64,000 bases of DNA, taken from positions 32,001 to 96,000 of IMG/VR virus record IMGVR_UViG_3300029288_000057. One strand, 5' to 3'. The position numbers and the translations under genes are program-made. The notes beneath the pieces were generated by a model that was given only the letters and a program-made list of their open reading frames with translations, ran no database searches and was not told the DNA's origin. Origin of the DNA: a virus (taxonomy: Duplodnaviria > Caudoviricetes). Of the stretch, positions 49,317 through 57,242 are shown in pieces; the stretch's first letter is position 1, and each line of letters starts with the position of its first letter.

Positions 49317-49544
49317 TTAAAGAAGGAGACTTTTTTCACCAGCCAGGATTTCTTTCATTTCTTTAGAGCTTACAAAGTCAGCTCCTCTTGAAAATGGTTC
49401 GTCAAATGCTTTGATTTCTTTTTTTAATTTCCTTGCTCCACATTTGCATTCAAAGATTATTTCTCTTGTGTGAAAAGAAATATACATACATGCTATTGGT
49501 TTGCTGAAATTATGTATATGCAGCTTTTTAAATAATTTTTTCAT
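49317..49544 (-). CDS. Hypothetical protein
   Basis: Array ORF. Confidence 0.7.
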   Translation of the reverse strand: MKKLFKKLHIHNFSKPIACMYISFHTREIIFECKCGARKLKKEIKAFDEPFSRGADFVSSKEMKEILAGEKSLLL

Positions 49545-49576
49545 TTGTTATAGGTTTATTGGTTAAATATATAAAA

Positions 49577-49984
49577 TTACCGAAAACTTGTCCTGTATGG
49601 GTAGCTTGGCTGCGTTTTAGAGATTAATATTCCATACCTCCAAACTTCTTTTGTGTTTTGTTCATACCACTTGTTTATTATATAATGTCTTGCTTCAATA
49701 TGAGGGGGCAATTTATCAATATAAGAATTAACATTCAATTTATTAAATTCCTGAAACGTTATTTTGCTCCTTTCATCAACAAATTTTTCAGCAGCCTTCA
49801 ATGGACTTGGATAATTGCATTGTTTCAAAAAATCATAAACAGCTTGCAAAGATTTACCTTCAATATAAGCGTGCCTGTAAAAATCATCAATCCATGAATT
49901 AAAAATAAATTTAGGGCAGTTCAAATAGTTTCTTGAATAATATACATAGTCAATAAACTTTTCAGTGGGGTTTAAAAGTTCCAT
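49577..49984 (-). CDS. Hypothetical protein
   Basis: Array ORF. Confidence 0.75.
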   Translation of the reverse strand: MELLNPTEKFIDYVYYSRNYLNCPKFIFNSWIDDFYRHAYIEGKSLQAVYDFLKQCNYPSPLKAAEKFVDERSKITFQEFNKLNVNSYIDKLPPHIEARHYIINKWYEQNTKEVWRYGILISKTQPSYPYRTSFR

Positions 49985-50317
49985 TTGTTTTAATTTTTAT
50001 TGGTTAAGTATATAAAGCAAAATTCCCTCCAAGAAGGAAACATTTGCTATTTTTTTACTTTGCCCTTACTCCTCTTTTACGTGCAAAAGTGGTATTCGGA
50101 TTGCCTTTTTCCAGTCTGATTGCTTCAGCAGTTTTGCGAGCAAATTTACGTGCTGTCCTGAGAATAGATTTGTCGTTCATGTTGTTTTATTTTTATGGGT
50201 TATGATTATATAAAGCAAAATTCCCTCAAAAGAGGGAGGTTTATAAAATAATTATAAATAAGTCTTTGTTTTTTTAAATTTCTTTTTTATATTTATAATA
50301 AAGTTCTTTAAAATATT

Positions 50318-50494
50318 GCTGTGGTGAATAGGGACATTCGTTGCAGGATAAACAAAAAAACGGTGAGGCGTTGACAATAGTCAAGTCTGTGAAACGTTAA
50401 ATTCCACTATTAATTTGGATAAGTTCACGGGTTAATAACTAAAGTAAATTTTTTTAGAAAATGACCAAAAAGCCCCTGACTTTGGGGCTTTTTT
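50318..50494 (+). ncRNA. Candidate ncRNA with boxA-like leader
   Basis: TATTTATA at 50290, GTTCTTTAAAA at 50303, hairpins TTGAC/GTCAA and GTGAA/TTCAC, terminator 50467-50494; no ORF. Confidence 0.4.
50467..50494. terminator. Bidirectional intrinsic terminator
   Basis: AAAAAGCCCC-tgacttt-GGGGCTTTTT. Confidence 0.75.
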
Positions 50495-50654
50495 ATTATT
50501 ATAATGTAAGATTTAAAATGTTTTTTACAGTTAGAAGAAAGTCGGCGCTCGTATCATATCTATTCAGTATTTAAGGTAAATCAATAAGGCGTTAATTAAC
50601 TCAATCTTTTTGCAGGGAAGGACTTTTATTTCTCAGCATAGCTTTTAAGGCTTT

Positions 50655-50945
50655 TTAGATGATTAATAGATTTGTTTTCGTTGTCAGCTCAATATTTAAA
50701 GCAACCGCATTGATTAAGCTTTTTATGGTTACAACTTTTTGTGCTTCGTTGAATTGTGAAAAATCTTTATCCACAATAATCTCAGAAAGATTCTGAATGG
50801 TCTCTAAAAGGTCAGCCTGTGCAGGCGAAATAGGTACTGTCTTTTCTCCCTGTGGAACAACTGAAATTTGCTCTAATGGTGCAGACAAGTTTTCGGAGGG
50901 GTTATCATCATAACTCTTGAACCCGATTTTGTTTCTAGTTTTCAT
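50655..50945 (-). CDS. Hypothetical protein
   Basis: Start moved to MKTRN. Confidence 0.7.
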   Translation of the reverse strand: MKTRNKIGFKSYDDNPSENLSAPLEQISVVPQGEKTVPISPAQADLLETIQNLSEIIVDKDFSQFNEAQKVVTIKSLINAVALNIELTTKTNLLII

Positions 50946-51240
50946 GGCTCGTAGTTTTAATTGGTTTGCGGATATATAAAGCAAATAAAAACAAAAAGAG
51001 GGAGAGACAAACAGCCCCAAAAATACCCCAATCCCGCACCTTGTGAGTGCAGGTCAACAAACTTTCGTTCTCTGAGAAAAGGACTGAACCTCTTAACGCT
51101 TAATCATAATTGTTTTCCTTTCATTGTTTCTTATTCTGTTATGTATATAAAGAAAATCATTAGCAAAGAGGGAAACTTTTTTGAGTGAAAAAAAAAGAGA
51201 GTGCGACTTGTACCCCCTTTTTACCTATTTTTTTTAACCC

Positions 51241-51798
51241 TTATTCAATTTCAATCGTTTCGCCGCTTACTTTAACTTTGCTTGTAATGTTAGCAATTTT
51301 ATAATAGCGAATTTTTGATGTTTTAAGGTCAAGCACCTTTTCAATATGCTTTTTTGCAAGTGTCAAAGGACGGCTTTTTACTTCTTTGTAAATGCCTGCC
51401 TTGATAACATTTTTGCGTACCACCGTACCCGAAATTAATACACTGCCTGTTTCCTTGCAATATTTCAGCGTACCCTTATCGTTTAAAGAAATGTAAGCTT
51501 CTTTTTGTCCATTTGAACGTACTTCGTTCGGCTTAACAAGGGACTGCAATTTTTCAGTAAGTGCCTGCTCAATTAGTGAATGACCAAAATTGTCATTTAC
51601 TAAATCATTTAACTTTGCACCCTTTAAAGTTTCAATGTCGGCTTCTTTCATATTGCCGTAACTTGCACCTACGTTAATTAAAACGTCTGCAATTTCACTG
51701 TTTTCGGATGAATCTGAACAGTAACCCTTAATTGCAACAAAGGAAACACCGTTAAAGTTGAATCCCTCAATCAGTTTTAGTAATGTTATATATTCCAT
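51241..51798 (-). CDS. Hypothetical phage protein, first gene of the array
   Basis: Overlapping class I and class II promoters upstream. Confidence 0.85.
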   Translation of the reverse strand: MEYITLLKLIEGFNFNGVSFVAIKGYCSDSSENSEIADVLINVGASYGNMKEADIETLKGAKLNDLVNDNFGHSLIEQALTEKLQSLVKPNEVRSNGQKEAYISLNDKGTLKYCKETGSVLISGTVVRKNVIKAGIYKEVKSRPLTLAKKHIEKVLDLKTSKIRYYKIANITSKVKVSGETIEIE

Positions 51799-51877
51799 TT
51801 TATTCGTGTTTTAATTAGTTTACGCATATATAAAGGAAAAAGTTACAAAAGAGGGACAAAAATTATCAACACCACCG

Positions 51878-51907
51878 CCCTCTTTTCATAACAAATATCT
51901 TTATATG
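51878..51907 (+). promoter_or_regulatory. Single inverted class I element driving 51930..52130
   Basis: CCCTCTTTTcataacaaatatCTTTATATG, then AACCAAAAAACCAAAC leader and ATG; divergent from the copy at 51827-51855. Confidence 0.8.
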
Positions 51908-51929
51908 TTTAACCAAAAAACCAAACGAT

Positions 51930-52130
51930 ATGTTTAAGCTATTAGAAAAAAAAATAAGGGGCTTGCTTATGCAAATTGAAAGTGGAAAAACCACCCCAGA
52001 AGAAAGTGGTATCGCAGACTTGTTAAACAGAATGAAAGAAATTGACGAACCTTGTTGGGAAGGACTGGCACAACGATACATAAAAGCTTTAGGAAAGATT
52101 GAAGCAGCTGAAGTAAAACAAACCGCCTAA
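51930..52130 (+). CDS. Hypothetical protein
   Basis: After inverted class I element. Confidence 0.75.
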   Translation: MFKLLEKKIRGLLMQIESGKTTPEESGIADLLNRMKEIDEPCWEGLAQRYIKALGKIEAAEVKQTA

Positions 52131-52717
52131 ACGTAGGGTGTTAATTTAGACCCCCTATATAGATTAAACCCCCTAATTAGACCCCTTAATTAGCCCCCTC
52201 GTACCTATAATAAGGGGCTTAATTGACCCCCTATTTGACCCCCCTCCCGTACCGCTCACAATTTTTTTCCCAATTTTTTCCCAAAAATCTCAACCATTGA
52301 AATTCCCCCAAATCCCATCTTCATTTCCAATTTCCTTCCACCTTCACTCCTAAAGTGGTCAAGCTTCACTCCAATATGGGGAATTGTTTCTTTATATGGG
52401 GAATTGTTTCGGGGCATTTACGCCCATTTTCCTTCGATATGGGGAACTTTTATCTTAATATGGGGAATTGTGCCAGCTATACTCCAAAATAGCAACAGGT
52501 GTTCTTATTTTTACATTGGTGGTGATTTGTCAGGTTATGCCCTGACTTTTACCCCCCCTTTGTCAGGTTATAGCCTGACAAATTCTTTTGGGATATTTTA
52601 AAGTGAGTCCTCAAAAAAATTTTTCCCCCAATTTTTTAGCCAAAATTTCAACCTTTAAGACAGGGGCAGAAAAGATATAGGTTTTTCTATATTCATCCTG
52701 GCAAAAAATTTTTTTTC
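52131..52717. repeat. Non-coding block of short direct and inverted repeats (putative origin or terminal signal)
   Basis: Six TTAGACCCCCT-like repeats 52146-52245; four ATATGGGGAA at 52374, 52394, 52437, 52458; two TGTCAGG..CCTGAC palindromes at 52528 and 52561. Confidence 0.7.
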
Positions 52718-53005
52718 TTATTTTTTTGTTAAAATTATACCACTCCATGCATCTCTTGCATTATCTGCTTTTCTAAGGTGTTTGGGGAGTTCTAGCTTTA
52801 TGGTTTCAAACAATGTTTTCACTCCGTCTTCGTGTGGTTTAAGATAATGTTCCCCCAGGTGCTGATAGAAACATTTAAGGAATGCTTCGGTGCCATATCC
52901 AACGATTGCTTCAAGAGCTCTGGCTTCTTGTTCTGTTAAACTAAGAATTATTTGCACATCCAATTTAGATGTTGATTTAATTTTATTTTCCATTTGTATA
53001 CTCAT
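52718..53005 (-). CDS. Hypothetical protein
   Basis: ORF in operon. Confidence 0.75.
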   Translation of the reverse strand: MSIQMENKIKSTSKLDVQIILSLTEQEARALEAIVGYGTEAFLKCFYQHLGEHYLKPHEDGVKTLFETIKLELPKHLRKADNARDAWSGIILTKK

Positions 53006-53018
53006 ATAGTTTATATTG

Positions 53019-53432
53019 TTAAAATCGTTCTACCATATCAAGCGCATTACTTTCAGTACAGTCAGTTTTTTTAAATAATCTGTCCAGGTGATTTCTCAAC
53101 GCTTCAATTTTTTGTTCTTGTTTTTCCAACAGAGCACATTCCTTTTCAATTTCCTCTAGCAATTTAATATTTCTTTCGGTGTTTTCAATGAATGCCCAGC
53201 CGTAAGTGCAGGTATATTTTTTATTTTTATCTTCCCCTTCCCCTTTAATATTAAAGCAATAGTCTCCAGCGTCTAGTTGTTCTACGTTTTCGACAATTAT
53301 TCCTTTTCCTATTGGAAAATGGCCTTCACAGGAACCTTTTTCCCAAATCATATCCAAGTTATAGATATATTCTGTGTTTGGTTTTGGTTCTAAGTTTTCT
53401 TCCGAAATAATGTTTCCAAATGTTTTTCTCAT
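53019..53432 (-). CDS. Hypothetical protein
   Basis: ORF in operon. Confidence 0.75.
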   Translation of the reverse strand: MRKTFGNIISEENLEPKPNTEYIYNLDMIWEKGSCEGHFPIGKGIIVENVEQLDAGDYCFNIKGEGEDKNKKYTCTYGWAFIENTERNIKLLEEIEKECALLEKQEQKIEALRNHLDRLFKKTDCTESNALDMVERF

Positions 53433-53442
53433 ATAGATTAGT

Positions 53443-53694
53443 TTAATTATTTTTTTCCATTTTTTGTTTTTTTATATGTTCTATGACTGCAGGTCTCAAT
53501 GACATGAATACATCAGAACCTGCATATTGAGCGAAGGATATGTTGGGGTCATTTTTGACTTCATAAAACAACCTGCCATCTTCACTTTCGTACCATTCGG
53601 TTTCTGTGTCTATATGTTTGTGGTAATATTCAACTATTTCCTTTTCGGTCATTCCTTGGTCTGAGTTTGGGTCTAATAGTAATTCTATATTCAT
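53443..53694 (-). CDS. Hypothetical protein
   Basis: ORF in operon. Confidence 0.75.
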   Translation of the reverse strand: MNIELLLDPNSDQGMTEKEIVEYYHKHIDTETEWYESEDGRLFYEVKNDPNISFAQYAGSDVFMSLRPAVIEHIKKQKMEKNN

Positions 53695-53915
53695 ATAGAT
53701 TGTTTTTGTGCGTCTTCCAATTTTTTAATTTTTTCTTCCATGTAATCATTTTTAGTTGATTGCATTACATCGTTTAAATAGATGTAAAATGATATTACTG
53801 CTGCCATCCATGTATCTATTGAAATAAATTCAGTAATCAAAAGAAATGGGATGAACCAGCTTGTTACGCAAAAGAAAAGATTAAAGACAAGATATTTAAG
53901 TTTTTCCTTATTCAT
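53691..53915 (-). CDS. Small membrane protein
   Basis: Two TM helices. Confidence 0.7.
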   Translation of the reverse strand: MNKEKLKYLVFNLFFCVTSWFIPFLLITEFISIDTWMAAVISFYIYLNDVMQSTKNDYMEEKIKKLEDAQKQSI

Positions 53916-53917
53916 AT

Positions 53918-55048
53918 TTAATTCCAGTTTTCGTTTTTATCTACGGATACGTAATAGGTATCGGGGTTAAAATATTTATCACAGGCTTTTAAGACCTGTC
54001 CCAGGTTGAAGTCTTTTCTTTTAAAAAGTTTTTTGCTGTCCCAGTTTGGTTGTCTTATATATTTGAAAGGGTAGTTATATCTTTCGATTTCATTTTTCTT
54101 GAAGTTGATTTCAAGGTATTTTTTGATGGAGTTAAATCTTTCCTGGGTGATGAACTTTTCTTTGTTGGCCATTACTTCTTTGATGGTTGAGATGAATTCT
54201 TCCACATTTTCGTTGGAGGCTTCGCTGGAGATGAATATGGAGCCGTTTGTATTAAATTCCTGCAGGTAGCAATGAATATAATATACGAGTCCTTTTTTCT
54301 CTCTTACTTCCTGGTAAAATGGGGATTGGAGTCCGAATCCGAACAGTTTACAGATAAATGAGACCATGGCCACATCTTTATCTTTTACGATGGGGGAAAC
54401 AAGGATGATGGATGATTTTTCTTTAAAGTCGTTTGATTTCTCGTAGACGACTTCTTTTTTCTTTTCCTTCAGTTTCAATTTACCTTCTGGAATAACAAGG
54501 TCTGTTTCGACAAATCCCTCCAGAGAGAATTTATTTTTTTTGGATACGTTTATGATTTGGGGGTTTTTGTATTGCTGGTTGAAGTGTTCTTCACAATCTT
54601 TGAGGGTGATTGCTTCTATACTTTCTCTTTGACCTATGGCATTATAGTCCCCGTACAATTTTCTCAGCAGGTTAAGTGCATGAGCTTCGTTTTGTGTATT
54701 GAAAGAGTCTTTATATTCTTCCAGCACGATTAATTTTTCCTTATCTAGGGTTTCCTGTGTAACGTTAAAGTTTTTCAATCTTTCGTAGAATATATATTTC
54801 CATTTGTTGATATATTCGTCGAGGCCTGTGATGTGAAAGCAGATTACATCTGAGGAGGTATATGCGTTCCATTGTATTCCGTCTTGGTCGAATGATTTTT
54901 GTAGGTCTTCGAATGTTTTGCACATCAGGTGTTCCATAAGGTGGGAAATTCCGTAGGTGCCAGGTTTTTCAATAAATGTACTTCCGTGGTATACCATATA
55001 AAATCCTGAGAGTTCGGTTTTGCTTTTTAGGTTGATTAAATTTTTCAT
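53918..55048 (-). CDS. M16 (insulinase/pitrilysin) family zinc peptidase
   Basis: E..G..G.SHLMEH (HxxEH), NAYT, EK.IV.EE, S..Y.EVREKKGLVY. Confidence 0.92.
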   Translation of the reverse strand: MKNLINLKSKTELSGFYMVYHGSTFIEKPGTYGISHLMEHLMCKTFEDLQKSFDQDGIQWNAYTSSDVICFHITGLDEYINKWKYIFYERLKNFNVTQETLDKEKLIVLEEYKDSFNTQNEAHALNLLRKLYGDYNAIGQRESIEAITLKDCEEHFNQQYKNPQIINVSKKNKFSLEGFVETDLVIPEGKLKLKEKKKEVVYEKSNDFKEKSSIILVSPIVKDKDVAMVSFICKLFGFGLQSPFYQEVREKKGLVYYIHCYLQEFNTNGSIFISSEASNENVEEFISTIKEVMANKEKFITQERFNSIKKYLEINFKKNEIERYNYPFKYIRQPNWDSKKLFKRKDFNLGQVLKACDKYFNPDTYYVSVDKNENWN

Positions 55049-55100
55049 ATTTATTTTGTGGGTTATATTGTTTTTTTAACAGGCTTCGCCTTTGGGGTTT

Positions 55101-55493
55101 TTATTCGCTATAATAATGTCTTCTACAATCAGCTGTGCAAAATACGGTTCCGCTTTCCAATTCTTTCCCGCATTCTTCGCAGTGGTTTTTTGTTTCGTAT
55201 TTGCCAATTTTCAATTCAGCCCCCACTCCCATTTGCTGAAGTTTTTTAACGGCGTCTTGGACTATTTTTGTATAATGTTTTACTGAATCATTTTCATCGG
55301 TAAAGGTGTAGTAATGACTTTCTTGTCCTGTTCCTTCATAGTCCCACTTGTCGAAAAGCACTTTAAAACCGAATGGTTTAAAATATTCTCCATCTTCTTC
55401 TACACAAAGGAATGCATCTTTAAGTTCTTCAAACTTTTTATCGGTCAGTTCAATCTTTGTATTGAATGTGAAAAAAAATTCTTGTGCTGGCAT
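55101..55493 (-). CDS. Hypothetical protein with C-terminal CxxC..CxxxC
   Basis: CEECG..FCTADC. Confidence 0.75.
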   Translation of the reverse strand: MPAQEFFFTFNTKIELTDKKFEELKDAFLCVEEDGEYFKPFGFKVLFDKWDYEGTGQESHYYTFTDENDSVKHYTKIVQDAVKKLQQMGVGAELKIGKYETKNHCEECGKELESGTVFCTADCRRHYYSE

Positions 55494-55712
55494 AGGATTA
55501 TAAATTTTCCTGCTAAATTAAAAAAAAGTTATGAATTAAACAAGTTTTTTGTAATATTTATATAAAATTGTTCATTTTGGAAAAGTATATAAGGAAAATA
55601 ATAAGAAATAACATATCTTTTATATTCTGTGAGGTCACTTCTGTAATGAGCAATACCAAACACTTAAGTTAATGTTGCATAATTTTATAATATTTATAAA
55701 CAAAATCATCAT

Positions 55713-55937
55713 ATGGATATAAGAGAATTTATAAAAGAAGAAGTAAAAAGGCTTCACAAAAAAACTTTAAAAGAAGATATATTTACAGGTGGATATATAA
55801 ATCCTGCGGCGCTTGCTGATGTTCTTGTACAAGCTGGTGTAATAAAAGATGAGTATACGGATTTATCGGGACAAAAGGCATCATCTAAATTGGCTTTTAT
55901 TGTAAAAAAAGCGGTGGATAAGGTTAAAGATATTTAA
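55713..55937 (+). CDS. Putative late protein
   Basis: TATTTATA upstream; FIKEEVKRLHKKTLKE. Confidence 0.75.
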   Translation: MDIREFIKEEVKRLHKKTLKEDIFTGGYINPAALADVLVQAGVIKDEYTDLSGQKASSKLAFIVKKAVDKVKDI

Positions 55938-55940
55938 TCA

Positions 55941-56581
55941 ATGTTATTGTCGGAGTCATATAAAAGAAGATTGCAGGAGCTCGCTGGACTTGTGAAAATG
56001 GATTATTTTTCCGCTGGGGATGAGCGCTTTAATTTAGAAGATGAAGATGCTATTCCGTTCTTATATTATAATGGAGAATTGCTCATGAAGGATGAGGGCG
56101 GATATTTTTATAAAAGAGAAAGTCATTGGGATATTATTAATGATATGGTGGATGAGTTTCTTAAAGCAAGAAGAATTGCACACCAAGTGGGCGATTATGA
56201 TATGATGGAAGGTTATGGGTTGACAGTAAAGTAATTTCGTTTTGGGAAATGCCAGAAAATAAAGCTGTTTTGGACAAAATTGTGAATGATTTAAATAAAG
56301 AAAGCAATGGGGATTTTCACATAGATAGCTCATGGAGATTAAGAATTGGGGAAGAAGGAAACCAAATTCCATATAAATTAATTCCAATAGATGATTATAC
56401 GGGCGCAGAAATAAGCGATGAAGAAAAGAAAGATTTGGAGGGAAAATGGAAACAACACATCATGTCTCCGTTGGAAAAAACTAAGCTGGGGTTAAATAAA
56501 GCTCCCCAGGGGTTTGGGTCGAAGCACAAAGACTATTTGGGACACAGAGCGATTGATAGAGCTGTGGGAAGAGCGGAATAA
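55941..56581 (+). pseudogene. Probable single gene split by a frameshift (ORFs 55941..56234 and 56249..56581)
   Basis: TATGA duplicated at 56196-56205; removing one copy gives continuous ...DYDGRLWVDSKVISFWEMP... Confidence 0.6.
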
Positions 56582-56584
56582 AAG

Positions 56585-56612
56585 AAAAAAGCCCCAAATT
56601 AAGGGGCTTTCT
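56585..56612. terminator. Bidirectional terminator between convergent genes
   Basis: AAAGCCCC-aaattaa-GGGGCTTT. Confidence 0.75.
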
Positions 56613-57179
56613 TTATTTTATAGGTTGAACAACTACATAGTTTTGGTATTCGTCGGGGACATCACGATATATAAATGCAGGTAGCCATATGTTTCCTCGA
56701 TATATTTTAATACTTGCTATTTTGTCTTGTATTTCTATTTGGGAGTTGTATACAAGTGAGTTAAGAGAGTCCATTCTAACGACCAGAGCAATAAGAGATG
56801 GTTGATATTTTGTTTGGGGATATTGCGGAAGCACATTAATAGAAACTTCTCCTTTTGCACTCATAGCCGATTTGTTTACATTGGTCATTTTGTCGAACAG
56901 CCCAGATTCGTATTTATTATAATTTGTATCCAGCAGTTGCTTATATTGTTTCTGCAGATTGTCACGCTGGTTTTCGTATATTTTAACCTTGTTTTCCATA
57001 ACATTTAGACACTGAATTTCGTAGTTGTTGCAGCTGAGCGCAATACCTGCTATAATAACAACAACAATAATTGTAACAAAATCAGCGACCCAAAATCCAA
57101 TGGCGCTGTTTTTCCATTTCATAGCATGGCAAAAGATTGCGATTGACGCAAATAAAAGTAATAAAATCGGAAAAATCAT
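56613..57179 (-). CDS. Membrane-anchored coiled-coil protein
   Basis: Two N-terminal TM helices. Confidence 0.8.
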   Translation of the reverse strand: MIFPILLLLFASIAIFCHAMKWKNSAIGFWVADFVTIIVVVIIAGIALSCNNYEIQCLNVMENKVKIYENQRDNLQKQYKQLLDTNYNKYESGLFDKMTNVNKSAMSAKGEVSINVLPQYPQTKYQPSLIALVVRMDSLNSLVYNSQIEIQDKIASIKIYRGNIWLPAFIYRDVPDEYQNYVVVQPIK

Positions 57180-57216
57180 AGTTTTAAGTTTTAAGTGAAT
57201 AATTTGTACTTACTAA

Positions 57217-57242
57217 TACGAAAAAAAATATAGAAAGTTACA
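57217..57242 (-). promoter_or_regulatory. Class II promoter TGTAAC-N16-CGTA
   Basis: Upstream of 56613..57179. Confidence 0.65.

Larger units (their letters stand above)
9408..51907 (-). repeat. Dispersed array of ~65 copies of a bipartite promoter-like element (class I): minus strand CC(C/T)TCTTT-N~11-12-CTTTATAT, then an A-rich AACC/AAAC leader and ATG
   Basis: Reads TATAAAG-N14-15-AGAGGG/AGAAGG on + strand, e.g. 9408, 13086, 15838, 16546, 18168, 19409, 19927, 22238, 22940, 23541, 23921, 24719, 26372, 28261, 29057, 30207, 33664, 35622, 38011, 41074, 42118, 46167, 48493, 50973, 51827. Near-fixed spacing; nearly always just upstream of a minus-strand start. Confidence 0.93.

Noticed and set aside
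48878-49339. Long N-terminal extensions of array ORFs (also the starts at 19259, 19980, 30218, 47338, 47696, 51020)
   Set aside because: The extensions read through the element itself (recurrent FALY/LLYI peptides); true starts lie downstream of it.
9408-51907. Repeated element as a CRISPR array
   Set aside because: Copies are degenerate, bipartite and separated by whole genes; no cas genes seen.
9408-51907. Classical integron attC sites
   Set aside because: The element is not palindromic, lacks RYYYAAC/GTTRRRY ends, and no tyrosine recombinase is visible in the window.
52404-52601. 65-aa + ORF in the repeat block
   Set aside because: Translation of the repeats; no leader or promoter motif.
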